Shown: positions 37,543 to 47,956 of the stretch, piece by piece | Layout: the number at the start of each line of letters is the position of its first letter | How positions within the stretch are numbered: the first letter of the stretch is position 1 | Source: an uncultured Bacillota bacterium | GTDB taxonomy: Bacteria; Sysuimicrobiota; Sysuimicrobiia; Sysuimicrobiales; Segetimicrobiaceae | Length of the DNA stretch: 64,000 nucleotides | Assembly: GCA_963804645.1 (NCBI GenBank) | Contig: CAWDRG010000009.1 | Span: forward strand, 1,024,001-1,088,000 | Direction of reading: 5' to 3' | Position numbers and translations under genes: made by a program | The notes under the pieces: model-generated | What the model saw: only the letters and a program-made list of their open reading frames with translations | Database searches by the model: none | Told to the model about the DNA's origin: nothing

Positions 37543-37762
37543 CGCGACGGGTGAAGAAGGCGCCGCGCGGTCCTTGGCCGCGCGTCCGTTACGGGGTGGT
37601 TCGCGCGGCGCGCCCGGTCATCCTGCGGCCGCGCCGCGTGATGCCTCGTCCCCTCCGCGCGCGGCCCGGGGCGTGCCCGCGGGGAGGAGGCGTCTTCGGG
37701 AGCGGGAACAGTTCTAGAGCAGTACGTCTGCGGGATCGTGGTCCGTGCCCCGGAGGGATCTG

Positions 37763-39100
37763 ATGGCCGCGTTTGACGCCCGCCGCATCGCCGAGGATCA
37801 CCGCGACGAGATCGTCGCGCTCGCGCGTGATCTCGTGCGGATCGACACGACCAACACCGGCGTGATGCCGACGGGGAACGAGACCGAGGCGGCGCTCCAC
37901 CTGCAGAAGACGCTGCGGGCCGCTGGCCTCGACGGGGAGGTCCACGGCCGGGTACCCGAGCGCGGCAATCTCTTCGCGTCGCTTGCCGGACGGAGCGGGG
38001 ACACCGCGCTCGTCCTGCTGTCACATACGGACGTCGTGCCCGCGGGGGATCTGAGCCAGTGGACGCACCCTCCGTTTGCCGGGATCGTCGAGGACGGGTT
38101 CCTGCACGGGCGGGGCGCGGCCGACATGAAGGGCACCGTCGCCGCGCAGGCGATGACGCTCATGCTGCTGAAGCGCCTCGGGGTGCCGCTCGAGCACGGC
38201 GTTGGGTTCGTGTGCGTGGCGGACGAGGAGGCGGGCGGCGCGTACGGCGCCGGATGGTCGGCGGCGACGTATCCGGAACGGTTCCGCGCCCGGTGCTGTC
38301 TCTGCGAGGGCGGCGGATCGTTCGTGCAGCTCGACGGGCGGGACTGGTGCCTGCTCGGCGTCGGAGAGAAGGGCCGGTACGAGGTCACGGCGGTGTTTCG
38401 GGGCCGCGGCGCGCACGCCGCCAGGCCGTGGCAGGGGGAGAACGCGTTCTTTAAAGTCGCGGACGCGCTCGCGCGCCTGCGGGACTATGAGCCCGAGCGC
38501 GACGTCGCGGCGCCGATCTTCGACACGCTCGCCCGCGCTCAGAGGCCGGTCACGGCGGCCACCGTCGACAGCGTGATCGCCCGGCTGGCGTCCTCGCACG
38601 GGCGCCTCGCCGACCACCTCCGGCAGGTCTCGCGTCTCGTCATCACCCCCACGCTCGTGTCGGGCGGGGTGAAGTCGAACAGCGTGCCGGATGCGTGCCG
38701 TCTCGTCTGCGACGTCCGCGCGTTGCCTCAACAGGGACCGGCGTACGTCGCGGCGCTCGCCGAGCGTCTGCTGGCCGGGGCCGACGTCCGGGTCGACCAG
38801 ACCGCGGTCGCCAACCAGTCGGCCGCGCCCCGGGATCTCGTGGCGGTCTTCGCCGACGCGCTGCGCGACGCGCTCGGCCGCGACGCCGACGTCGTGCCGA
38901 CCCTGAGCGGAGGGTTTACCGACTCGCGGTTCGTGCGCGAGCTCGGCGTGCCGGCCTACGGGTTCGCGCCGGGGCACCCGGAGAGCGATCCATCGAAGCA
39001 CCGCGCCCACGGGCCGAACGAATCGGTCGCGATCCGAGACCTCGTGGTGCAGACCGCGACGTACCTCGGGATCGCCCACCGGCTTGCCGCGGCGCGCTAG
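37763..39100 (+). CDS. M20/M25/M40 metallopeptidase (DapE/ArgE-like)
   Basis: SHTDVVP, GRGAADMK, ADEEAGG, GGFTDSR, HGPNE. Confidence 0.92.
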   Translation: MAAFDARRIAEDHRDEIVALARDLVRIDTTNTGVMPTGNETEAALHLQKTLRAAGLDGEVHGRVPERGNLFASLAGRSGDTALVLLSHTDVVPAGDLSQWTHPPFAGIVEDGFLHGRGAADMKGTVAAQAMTLMLLKRLGVPLEHGVGFVCVADEEAGGAYGAGWSAATYPERFRARCCLCEGGGSFVQLDGRDWCLLGVGEKGRYEVTAVFRGRGAHAARPWQGENAFFKVADALARLRDYEPERDVAAPIFDTLARAQRPVTAATVDSVIARLASSHGRLADHLRQVSRLVITPTLVSGGVKSNSVPDACRLVCDVRALPQQGPAYVAALAERLLAGADVRVDQTAVANQSAAPRDLVAVFADALRDALGRDADVVPTLSGGFTDSRFVRELGVPAYGFAPGHPESDPSKHRAHGPNESVAIRDLVVQTATYLGIAHRLAAAR

Positions 39101-39129
39101 CCGCGATCGTCACAAAGGAGGGGAGCACC

Positions 39130-39438
39130 GTGTTCACCGCGTTTGTGTTCTTCCAGACCGAGCGGCGCCGCACGCAGGACGTGGCACGGCAGCTGGCCGA
39201 AATCCCGGGGGTCGCGGAGGTGTACTCGATCACGGGGGAGTGGGACATCATCGCCGTCCTGCGCCTCAAAGACTACAGTCAACTGTCCGATACCGTGACC
39301 GGGAAGATGGTGGAGATCCCCGGCATCGTCCGCACGAACACGCATCTCGCGTTTCGCGCATACCCCCAGTCGCTACTCGAGCGGTCCTTCTCGGTGGGGC
39401 TGGAAGACGAGCCGGAGACCGGCGGCCGGGGCACGTAA
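39130..39438 (+). CDS. Stand-alone Lrp/AsnC ligand-binding domain protein
   Basis: VAEVYSITGEWDII, IPGIVRTNTHLAF; no HTH; AAGGAGG RBS before GTG. Confidence 0.88.
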   Translation: MFTAFVFFQTERRRTQDVARQLAEIPGVAEVYSITGEWDIIAVLRLKDYSQLSDTVTGKMVEIPGIVRTNTHLAFRAYPQSLLERSFSVGLEDEPETGGRGT

Positions 39439-39536
39439 GCGCGCCGCCCGCGGACCGCGCCTCGGCCGCGATCGGGTTGGGCGCTCCGCGTTCAGCGGTC
39501 CGCCGCGCCACGCACGGACGGCCCGCGCTGCGCGCG

Positions 39537-39545
39537 TGCTACAAT
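39537..39545 (+). promoter_or_regulatory. Extended -10 element 11 nt before the J-domain ATG
   Basis: TGCTACAAT; no Shine-Dalgarno between it and ATG 39557. Confidence 0.5.
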
Positions 39546-39556
39546 GGTAGCCGGCG

Positions 39557-39991
39557 ATGCGATTCCGGCCCGAAATCGACTACTACGAGATCCTTCAAGT
39601 GCACCCCCGCGCCTCCCAGGAGATGATCAAGAAGGCGTACCGCACGTTGATGGGCGAGATGCGCGGGCACCCGGATCTTGGGGGGGATCCGGAGGGCGCG
39701 AAGCTGATCAACGAGGCCTATTCGGTGGTGGGCGACCCGGATCTCCGCCGCGCGTACGACCGCGCGCGAGGCGGCCGCGACCCGCGGCCTGCCGTCGGCA
39801 CGACGCCTGCCGGGCTCGACCGCGCCGGCGCGATGTTCAACAAGCTCGTGCTGACGGCCGCGGTGGTCGGCGCCGGCATGATGCTGGCTCGTCTGCTCGA
39901 GAATCCGGCGCTGACGCTTGCCGACGCCGTCGCGATGGTCGCGGTGCTGCTGCGGATCTGGAGTCAGGCCGCGATGACCCGAGGGCGCTGA
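39557..39991 (+). CDS. J-domain protein with C-terminal membrane anchor
   Basis: DYYEILQV, IKKAYR, HPD, INEAY, RRAYD; two hydrophobic helices. Confidence 0.9.
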   Translation: MRFRPEIDYYEILQVHPRASQEMIKKAYRTLMGEMRGHPDLGGDPEGAKLINEAYSVVGDPDLRRAYDRARGGRDPRPAVGTTPAGLDRAGAMFNKLVLTAAVVGAGMMLARLLENPALTLADAVAMVAVLLRIWSQAAMTRGR

Positions 39992-40010
39992 TCCGGCCCG
40001 GGCGGAGCGG

Positions 40011-41123
40011 CTACTTCGACGACGCGGCTTGCAGCTTGGCGCACGACGCCTGAATGCGCTGGAACGCGTCCCAGGTGGCGACGTACTGCCCCCGCAGCGC
40101 CTGCTGCTGGCGCTCGATCGACTGATCGTCCGCCTCCCGCTGCTGGCGGAACTTCTCGAGCGTCTGCGCGGCCTGTTCCATGTCGGCGTAGTCGGCGCGG
40201 AAACTCGCGCGGTCCCGCGTGAGCGCGTTTGTGTCGGCGGTGAGGCGCGCCTGCACCTGGTTCATCCGGTCGTCGGCTCTGCGCTCGTAGTCGATCTGCC
40301 GGCTCAGCGCGTCGATCGCCTGCTGGTCGTGGCGGACTTTGACGTCGTCGGCCCCGGCGCGTGCGCGGTCCTGCTGGAGCGTCTGCGAGTCCCGCGTGTC
40401 CTGGGCCCGGAGGGCCTGCATCTGCTGGTCATACGCCCGGTCGTCGCTTTCCCGCTGCGCCCGCTGCTGGACCGTCGCGGTGGTCCCGGTGGTCCCGGTG
40501 CTCTGTCCCATCCCCTGGCCCGTCTGTGCGCCGACGGTGCGTGCCTGCAGGACGTACGTCCGATAGGTGCTCGCCCGCTGCTGCTCGAGCTGCTTCATCG
40601 CCTGCTCGTCTTGCTGGACCCTGGTTTCATCGGCCTGGACCCGCGCCTGATCCTGGGCGAGTGCCTGCGCGTCTTGGTCGGCCTGGGCCTTCAGCGCGGT
40701 CAGCTGCTGCTCGAGGCCCTGGAGATTCGCTGGCCCGCGAAACGCGTCGAGGTCGTGCTGGTCCCGCGCCGCCGTGGCCTCGTCCGCCTGCACGCGCGCG
40801 CGATCGCTCCGGATCGCCTGATCGTCCCGCGCCGCTTGCGCGTAGTACGGCTGCATCTCCTGTTCGATCGTCTGGTCGTCCTGCTTTTTCTGGGCGGTGA
40901 GCTGCAACAGCGACCGGCGCACCTGATCGTGGGACGCCTGATCCGCAGCTTCTTGCCCGAGACACTCTTCGAGCGCGATTTTGGGGGACGCGGTTTGCGG
41001 CTGGGTGGTAGCCGTAGTGGATCCCGGCGTCGCCGGCGTGCCGCCGGAGGCGGCGGCGCCCTGCACGCGCGCGGTCGTTCCGAGCAGCATCAAAATCGCG
41101 ACGACCGCGGGCAGCGTCTTCAT
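40011..41123 (-). CDS. Secreted Gln/Asp/Ala/Arg-rich coiled-coil protein
   Basis: MKTLPAVVAILMLLG signal peptide; long heptad stretches with internal repeats; two Cys. Confidence 0.8.
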   Translation of the reverse strand: MKTLPAVVAILMLLGTTARVQGAAASGGTPATPGSTTATTQPQTASPKIALEECLGQEAADQASHDQVRRSLLQLTAQKKQDDQTIEQEMQPYYAQAARDDQAIRSDRARVQADEATAARDQHDLDAFRGPANLQGLEQQLTALKAQADQDAQALAQDQARVQADETRVQQDEQAMKQLEQQRASTYRTYVLQARTVGAQTGQGMGQSTGTTGTTATVQQRAQRESDDRAYDQQMQALRAQDTRDSQTLQQDRARAGADDVKVRHDQQAIDALSRQIDYERRADDRMNQVQARLTADTNALTRDRASFRADYADMEQAAQTLEKFRQQREADDQSIERQQQALRGQYVATWDAFQRIQASCAKLQAASSK

Positions 41124-41236
41124 GCCAGGGACCCCCTGCGCCGCGGAGCCCCGGTCGGTTCCGCGGGGCGGGCGCAGCACCTGTTATGCCCAGATCGTGC
41201 GGCGCCCAGCCGCGTCCGCCCGTGCCGGACGAGGGT

Positions 41237-42613
41237 CTACAGCGGCGGCGCGTCCCCGGTCCACGGCGTGGCCCCTTCATACGCCGCCGCGACGCGCAGG
41301 ATCTGCAGCTCCTCGAACGGGCGTCCGGCGAGCTGGAGTCCCACCGGGAGACCGCCGCGGGTGCGGCCGCACGGGACCGCGAGGCTCGGGAACCCGAGGA
41401 AGCTGAACGGCCGGTTCATGACCGGCGACCCGGTGGACGCCAGTCCCTCGGGCGCCGGGCCCGGGGCGGCCGGGGTGGCGAGCACGTCGACGTCTTCGAG
41501 CAGCGCCCGCATCTCCCCGATGAGCCGGGTCCGCACCTGCTGCGCTCGGACGTACGTCGGAGCCGGGACCTCGAGTCCGGTTTCGATGATCGCACGCAGC
41601 TTCTCGCCGTACTCCGCCGCGCGCGTCCGGTAGCGGTCGAGGTGCACGGCCGCCGCCTCCACGTTATGGATGAGCTCGTGCGCGTCCATCCCGGCCTCGA
41701 ACGCGTCGGGCAGCCGCACGTCCCGCACCGCGAAGCCGAGTGCACGGAGCAGGTCCACCGCGCGCCGGTACGCGTCGTGCGCCTCCGGGTCCAGTCCGTC
41801 GAAGAAGTAGCGGTCCGGGATGCCGACGCGCAGCATGCGTACGCTCTCCCGCTGGGCGTCGCGATCGTCGAGCGCGGCCGCGTAGCGCGGCGGCGCGGGA
41901 CACGAGAGCGTCGCCGGGTCCCCCGGATCGGGTCCGGCGACAACCTCCAGCAGCACCGCGACGTCGCGGACGGTGCGCGCCATCGGGCCCGGGTGGTCGA
42001 GCGTCCACGCGAGCGGATGCACGCCGTGGCGGCTGACCCGCCCGAACGTCGGCTTGAGGCCGACGATGCCGCAGAACGCGGCGGGCCGGACGATCGATCC
42101 CGACGTTTGGGAGCCGAGCGCGCCCTGGCACATGCGCGCCGCGAGCGCGGCCGCGGAGCCGCTGCTCGACCCGCCCGGCGTGTGCGCGAGATCCCACGGG
42201 TTGCGGGCGGGCGACGGATCGAACGACGCGAACTCGGTGGTGTGGGTCTTTCCCAGCACGACGGCGCCCGCACGGCGCAGCCGCGCCACGGCGGTCGCGT
42301 CGGATGTTGGCACGAACCCGGCCATGATCGGCGAGCCGCACGCCGTCTCGATCCCCGTGGTGTAGAAGATATCTTTCACGCCGACGGGGATGCCGTGCAG
42401 CGCGCCGCGCGTGTCGCCGCGGGACGCGAGCTCGGAGAGGCGCTGCGCATCGCGCCGCGCGTCGTCGCGGCACAGGCGCGCCCACGCGCGCACCCGCGGT
42501 TCGATCCGCTCGATCCGTTCGAGCGTGGAGTCGAGCAGTTCGACCGGCGAGAGCCGGCCGCGGGCGATCGCGTCCGCCGCGTCGCTGAGCGAGAGCGCAT
42601 ACGGCTCACGCAT
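41237..42613 (-). CDS. Amidase signature enzyme (GatA/AtzE-like)
   Basis: LHGIPVGVKD, GKTHTTEF, PGGSSSGSAAA, GSQTSGSI. Confidence 0.93.
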   Translation of the reverse strand: MREPYALSLSDAADAIARGRLSPVELLDSTLERIERIEPRVRAWARLCRDDARRDAQRLSELASRGDTRGALHGIPVGVKDIFYTTGIETACGSPIMAGFVPTSDATAVARLRRAGAVVLGKTHTTEFASFDPSPARNPWDLAHTPGGSSSGSAAALAARMCQGALGSQTSGSIVRPAAFCGIVGLKPTFGRVSRHGVHPLAWTLDHPGPMARTVRDVAVLLEVVAGPDPGDPATLSCPAPPRYAAALDDRDAQRESVRMLRVGIPDRYFFDGLDPEAHDAYRRAVDLLRALGFAVRDVRLPDAFEAGMDAHELIHNVEAAAVHLDRYRTRAAEYGEKLRAIIETGLEVPAPTYVRAQQVRTRLIGEMRALLEDVDVLATPAAPGPAPEGLASTGSPVMNRPFSFLGFPSLAVPCGRTRGGLPVGLQLAGRPFEELQILRVAAAYEGATPWTGDAPPL

Positions 42614-42791
42614 CGCGGGGCTGCAGGCGAGGCGCGCCCGCCGGCTCGGTGTCATGCGAGACCGCCGCGCGGTGCACGGCGTCGATCCGGCGGCGTGTCC
42701 GCGCCATCTCTTCGTCAAAGAGTGCGCCGCGCTCGTCCGGCAGCGCCAGCAGCGTGCGCATCGCAGCGACGGGTGAGATGTCTCGGTCCAT
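42606..42791 (-). CDS. 61-aa GatC/AtzG-like small amidase partner
   Basis: AAGGAGG RBS; helical body with DTEPA near the C-terminus; 8-nt overlap with the amidase start. Confidence 0.65.
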   Translation of the reverse strand: MDRDISPVAAMRTLLALPDERGALFDEEMARTRRRIDAVHRAAVSHDTEPAGAPRLQPRDA

Positions 42792-43074
42792 GCGGGCGCC
42801 TCCTTCGAGCACGATCGCGGCGAGAATACGGAATCGTTGGCGCGAGGCGAAACGTCTTCCTGCCGTCGTGTGGCGATGCCGCGACGGCACCGTTGCGACG
42901 TGCGCGCCGCAGGCTGCCTGGGGGTGCGCGGGCCGTCTCGGAGGACCGCCGCCGCTCCGGAAGGAAGCATCCGGCAGGCGCGGAGAGATTTCGCGCACGC
43001 GCGGCGCGACCCGCCGCTTCGATCACGACAGACCGCACGCATCTCGATTCGATCGCCGGGGGCACAGAGGCCAG

Positions 43075-44034
43075 ATGGCTCATCACCGCCGGTTTCGTTT
43101 TGGAATTCAAGTGCGCGGCGCCGCGACCGCGCCAGCCTGGCTCGCGAAGGCCCGGGCGACGGAGTCGCTCGGATACGCGTCTTTGATGCTCCCCGACCAT
43201 TTCCACGAGCAGCTCGGGCCGATCGCCGCCCTGACGGCCGCCGCGATGGTGACCCGGTCGCTTCAACTCGGCGTGCTCGTGTTCGCGAATGACTTCCGCC
43301 ATCCGGTCGTCCTCGCCAAGGAGCTGGCCACGCTCGACATGGTATCCGGGGGCCGCGTCTGCGTCGGCCTCGGCGCCGGATGGGCGCGGAGCGATTATGA
43401 CCCCGCGGGGATAGCCTACGATCCGGCGGGGACGCGGATCGAGCGGCTCGCGGAGTCGTTGACCGTGTTGAAGGGCCTGTTCGCGGACGGACCGCTTACG
43501 TTTCAGGGTCGGCACTACCGGATCTCGCAGCTGGAGGGCCTGCCGAAACCCGAGCAGCGGCCGCATCCTCCGTTCCTGGTCGGCGGGGGTGGGCGCCGGC
43601 TCCTGTCGCTCGCCGCAAGAGAGGCGGACATCGTCGGAATCAACTCCGCCATAACCGGCGGCGTGGCGGCGCCCGGCTGGGCGCCGGACCGGACCGCCGA
43701 GGCGACCGAACAAAAAATCGAATGGATCCGGGAGGCGGCCGGTTCCCGGTTCGACGATCTCGAACTGTCGGTGATGTGCATGCTCATCGTGATCACCGAC
43801 GATCGCGACCGCGCCGCCGCCGAGCAGGCGGCGCGGTTCGGGGTCGCCGCGGCCGACCTGCTCGAGTCGCCATACGCGCTGTTTGGGACCGTGGAGCAGA
43901 TCGCGGATACCCTCCAGCGGAGGCGCGACCGGTTCGGGATCTCGTACATCATGCACCCTCCCGAGGTGACGTCGCATCCGGCGGCGTCGCTCGAGGCGTT
44001 CGCGCCCGTCGTCGCGCGTCTCGCCGGGCGCTGA
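43075..44034 (+). CDS. LLM-class (probably F420-dependent) oxidoreductase
   Basis: RFRFG, PDH, ANDFRHPVVLAKELATLD, GLGAGW, GGGGRRLL, GISY. Confidence 0.9.
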   Translation: MAHHRRFRFGIQVRGAATAPAWLAKARATESLGYASLMLPDHFHEQLGPIAALTAAAMVTRSLQLGVLVFANDFRHPVVLAKELATLDMVSGGRVCVGLGAGWARSDYDPAGIAYDPAGTRIERLAESLTVLKGLFADGPLTFQGRHYRISQLEGLPKPEQRPHPPFLVGGGGRRLLSLAAREADIVGINSAITGGVAAPGWAPDRTAEATEQKIEWIREAAGSRFDDLELSVMCMLIVITDDRDRAAAEQAARFGVAAADLLESPYALFGTVEQIADTLQRRRDRFGISYIMHPPEVTSHPAASLEAFAPVVARLAGR

Positions 44035-44104
44035 GGCGGGGCCGGTGTCGGGCCGCGCCTCACAGAGAGGGCGGCGCCCCGCCGAGGAGAAAGCCTAGAG
44101 CCGT

Positions 44105-45625
44105 ATGACCACAGTGGCCGCCGCGCAGGCGGAGTCTCCGCTCGTCCTGGCGCTCGATCTCGGGAGCTCGTCGGTCCGCGCGATCGCCTACGACCGTCTC
44201 GGCCGCGAGGTGGACGGGGCGGCTGCGCGCACCGAATACGAATGGCGGCGGACGCCCGACGGCGGCGTCGAAGCCGATCCGGACGCGCTGCTGGACGGGA
44301 CGTTCTCGGCGATCGACCGCGCGCTCGCCGCGATGGGCGCGCACGCGCCGCGCCTTCGCGCCGTCGGGATCTCGACGTTCTGGCACAACATCTTAGGGGT
44401 CGGCACCGACGGGCGGCCCGTGACCCCGCTGTACTCCTGGGCCGACGAGCGGAGCGCCGCAGCCGCGGCGGCCCTGCGCGCGCGTTTCGACGAGGAGGCG
44501 GTGCACCAGCGGACCGGGTGCGTGTTTCATCCGAGTTATCCCGCGGCGCGTCTGTTGTGGCTGCGCGGTGCGCATCCCGACGCCTACCGCGCGGCCCGGA
44601 CGTGGCTCAGCATCGGAGAGTACCTGGCGCTGCGCTGCTTCGGCCGCGCCGCGTGCAGCATCTCGATGGCGTCGGGGACGGGGCTCCTCGATCAGCGGCG
44701 GTGCGTGTGGGACGCGCCGCTGCTCGAGGTCCTCGGCCTCACCCCGGACCGCCTGTCGCCGCTCGTGGATCTGGACGACTCGTTCACGGGTCTGGTCCCG
44801 GCGCTGGCGCAGCGCTGGCCGGCGCTCGCCGCAATTCCCTGGTTGCCGGCGGCCGGCGACGGCGCGCTCGCAAACCTGGGGACCGGGTGCGTCGGTCCCG
44901 CGCAGGCGGCGCTGTCGATCGGGACGAGCGGCGCGATCCGCGTGCTCCGGCGAGGTCCCGTGCCGGAGGCGCCGGCGGGGCTGTGGATCTACCGCGCCGA
45001 CCGCGCGCGCGTGCTGCTCGGCGGCGCGCTCAGCAACGGGGGCAGCGTGCACCGGTGGCTCGTGGACCGCGCCGCGATCGTGCTCTCGGGCGACGTGGAT
45101 CGGATGCTGCGCGGGCGGCCCGCCGACGGGCACGGTCTTGTCATGCTGCCGTTTCTCGCGGGCGAGCGCAGCCCGGACTGGCCGCTCGCGGTCCGCGGCG
45201 CAATCGTCGGCATGACGCTGCGTACGGACCCGCTCGACCTCATGCAGGCCGCGCTCGAGGCGGTGGCCTATCGCTTCGCGCTGATCTGGGATCTCCTGCG
45301 CGCGGCCGTGCCGACCGTCCGTGAGATCGTGGCGAGCGGGGGCGCGCCCGCGGGGTCGCCGGCGTGGGTGCAGATTCTCGCCGACGTGCTCGGGCACGAG
45401 ATTGCCGTGTCGGAGGAGGCGGAGGGCAGCAGCCGGGGGGCCGCGCTCGCGGCGCTCGAGGTGCTCGGCACCGCGCGGGCCGAGGATCTTCCCGTCGCGC
45501 ACCGGGCGGTGTACGCGCCCGACGCCGCGCGGCACGCGCGGTATCGCGAGGCGCGCGCCCGGCAGCGCCGGATCGAGGCGGCGCTCGCCCCGCTTCAGCC
45601 TGTCGTCGGAGGGTACACACTCTAG
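44105..45625 (+). CDS. gntK: Gluconokinase (FGGY family)
   Basis: LDLGSSS, WADER, RTGCVFHPSY, SMASGTGL, GDGALAN, IGTSGA, PFLAGERSP; upstream of tkt/gnd. Confidence 0.88.
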   Translation: MTTVAAAQAESPLVLALDLGSSSVRAIAYDRLGREVDGAAARTEYEWRRTPDGGVEADPDALLDGTFSAIDRALAAMGAHAPRLRAVGISTFWHNILGVGTDGRPVTPLYSWADERSAAAAAALRARFDEEAVHQRTGCVFHPSYPAARLLWLRGAHPDAYRAARTWLSIGEYLALRCFGRAACSISMASGTGLLDQRRCVWDAPLLEVLGLTPDRLSPLVDLDDSFTGLVPALAQRWPALAAIPWLPAAGDGALANLGTGCVGPAQAALSIGTSGAIRVLRRGPVPEAPAGLWIYRADRARVLLGGALSNGGSVHRWLVDRAAIVLSGDVDRMLRGRPADGHGLVMLPFLAGERSPDWPLAVRGAIVGMTLRTDPLDLMQAALEAVAYRFALIWDLLRAAVPTVREIVASGGAPAGSPAWVQILADVLGHEIAVSEEAEGSSRGAALAALEVLGTARAEDLPVAHRAVYAPDAARHARYREARARQRRIEAALAPLQPVVGGYTL

Positions 45626-45817
45626 CGACGAACGCCGTGCGGATGCGTCGCTCCCGGCCGCCGGCGGCCGGGATGGTGCGCTAACCCTACGCCGCTCGGT
45701 TACAAGAATTTCCGACGCCGTTCGTGTGACAGCCGCCGGTCCTCGCCGTACAATATGCGGAGAGTCCTGCGGGCGCTGTGCCAGGCGCCGCGACCGTGCC
45801 GCCCCCTGGAGGAGACC

Positions 45818-47956
45818 ATGGCGATCGAAACCCAGACCCTCGACAATCTGTGCGTCAATACGATCCGGACTCTGTCGATCGACGGGGTGCAGAAGGCCAA
45901 GTCCGGACATCCGGGCATGCCGCTCGGCGCGGCGGCGATGGCCTACGTCCTGTGGACCCGCTACCTCCGCTACAACCCCCACAACGCCGACTGGCCGGAC
46001 CGCGACCGGTTCATCCTCTCCGCCGGGCACGGCAGCATGCTGCTGTACAGCCTGCTGCACCTCACGGGCTACGACCTGACGATCGAGGATCTGAAGCAGT
46101 TCCGGCAGTACGGCAGCCGCACGCCGGGACACCCGGAGCGCCACTGCGCGCCGGGCGTCGAGGTCAGCACCGGACCGCTGGGGCAGGGGGCCGGCAACAG
46201 CGTGGGCATGGCGATCGCGGAGCGGTGGCTGGCCGCCCAGTTCAACCGGCCCGGCCACCAGATCGTCGACCACCGCACCTACGCGATCGTGAGCGACGGG
46301 GATCTAATGGAAGGGGTGGCCGCGGAGGCGGCCTCGCTCGCGGGGCATCTCCGGCTCGGACGCCTCGTCTGGCTGTACGACGCGAATCTGGTCACCCTGT
46401 CCGCGACGACGTCGGTCACCTACACCGAGGACGTCGGCCATCGGTTCGAGTCGTACGGCTGGCACGTGCAGCATCTCGCCGACGGCAACGACCTCGCCGC
46501 GGTTGACCGCGCGCTGGCGGCGGCATGCGCGGCGGAAGATCGCCCGTCGCTGCTGGTGGTGCGCACGCACCTCGGATTCGGCAGCCCGCACAAGCAGGAC
46601 ACGTTTCAGGCCCACGGTGAGCCGCTCGGGGACGACGAGGTGCGCGCCACCAAGCGTGCGCTCGGGTGGCCCGAGGACAAGACGTTCTACGTCCCCGAGG
46701 ACGCGCTGCGGCACTTCCGGGAGGCGGTGCCGCGGGGTGAGGCGCTGGAGCGGGCGTGGCGGGCGCGGTTCGACGCCTACCGCGCGGCGTTTCCCGATCT
46801 GGCGCGCGCGTTTGAGCAGGCCCTCGCCGGCGAGATCCCCGGAGGATGGGAGCGCCTGCTGCCGGTGTTCAAGCCCGAGGACGGACCGCTCGCGACGCGC
46901 GAAGCGTCCGGGAAGGCGATGAACGCGATCGCGGGAGCCGTGCCGACGCTGATCGGCGGCTCCGCCGACCTCGATCCGTCGACGTACACGATGCTGCGCG
47001 GCCTGGGCGATTTCGAGAGCCCCGAGGCGGAGGGCGCAGACCTCGCACAGGGCAAGGCCGGGGGGGTGTGGGGCTACGCCGGACGGAACGTCCACTTCGG
47101 GATCCGCGAGCACGCGATGGGCGCGGCCGTGAACGGCTTGGCGGCGCACGCGGGCGTCCGGCCGTTCGGCGCGACGTTTCTCGTCTTCTCGGACTACATG
47201 CGGCCGAGCGTGCGCCTCGCCGCACTGTCCCATCTCGATTCGATCTTCGTGTGGACGCACGACAGCATCGCGCTCGGCGAGGACGGGCCGACCCACGAGC
47301 CGGTCGAGCATCTCGCGAGCCTGCGTGCGATCCCGAACCTGCTGGTGATCCGCCCGGCGGATGCGAACGAGACCGTCGAGGCGTGGCGGACGGCGCTGCG
47401 CCACACGTCCGGGCCCGTGGCGTTTGTGCTCAGCCGGCAGAAGCTGCCCATCGTCGACCGGACGGGGCTCGGCGCCGCGTCGGGCGCGGCCCGGGGCGGG
47501 TACGTGCTCGCGGACCCCGCGGGGGGCGCCGTGCCGGAGGTGATCCTGATCGCCACCGGGTCGGAGGTGTCGCTGGCGCTTGAGGCACACGCGCGCCTGG
47601 GGGCGGACGGTGTCAAGAGCCGCGTCGTGTCGCTGCCGTGCTGGGAACTGTTCGACGCGCAGCCGCAGGCGTACCGCGACGAGGTCCTCCCTCCCGCGGT
47701 GCGCGCGCGCGTGACGGTGGAGGCCGGCGCGACGCTCGGGTGGGAGCGCTACGCGGGCGACGCCGGCGTCATCATCGGGCTCGACCGGTTCGGGGCTTCG
47801 GGCCCCGGGCCGGTGGTGATGCGCGAACTGGGATTCACCGTCGACCGTGTCGTGGCGGCCGCCAGCGCCGCGCGCGACCGCGCGCGTGAGACGATGGCGC
47901 GCACGGCGAAAACGGCCGGGACGGCGAAGACGACCAAGAAGGCCAAGTCGAGGTGA
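45818..47956 (+). CDS. tkt: Transketolase
   Basis: [44 protein letters not shown]. Confidence 0.97.
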   Translation: MAIETQTLDNLCVNTIRTLSIDGVQKAKSGHPGMPLGAAAMAYVLWTRYLRYNPHNADWPDRDRFILSAGHGSMLLYSLLHLTGYDLTIEDLKQFRQYGSRTPGHPERHCAPGVEVSTGPLGQGAGNSVGMAIAERWLAAQFNRPGHQIVDHRTYAIVSDGDLMEGVAAEAASLAGHLRLGRLVWLYDANLVTLSATTSVTYTEDVGHRFESYGWHVQHLADGNDLAAVDRALAAACAAEDRPSLLVVRTHLGFGSPHKQDTFQAHGEPLGDDEVRATKRALGWPEDKTFYVPEDALRHFREAVPRGEALERAWRARFDAYRAAFPDLARAFEQALAGEIPGGWERLLPVFKPEDGPLATREASGKAMNAIAGAVPTLIGGSADLDPSTYTMLRGLGDFESPEAEGADLAQGKAGGVWGYAGRNVHFGIREHAMGAAVNGLAAHAGVRPFGATFLVFSDYMRPSVRLAALSHLDSIFVWTHDSIALGEDGPTHEPVEHLASLRAIPNLLVIRPADANETVEAWRTALRHTSGPVAFVLSRQKLPIVDRTGLGAASGAARGGYVLADPAGGAVPEVILIATGSEVSLALEAHARLGADGVKSRVVSLPCWELFDAQPQAYRDEVLPPAVRARVTVEAGATLGWERYAGDAGVIIGLDRFGASGPGPVVMRELGFTVDRVVAAASAARDRARETMARTAKTAGTAKTTKKAKSR

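Noticed and set aside
41237..42791. gatCA of the tRNA-dependent amidotransferase
   Set aside because: No gatB, and the amidase has GSQTSGS with a catabolic-type sequence rather than canonical GatA features.
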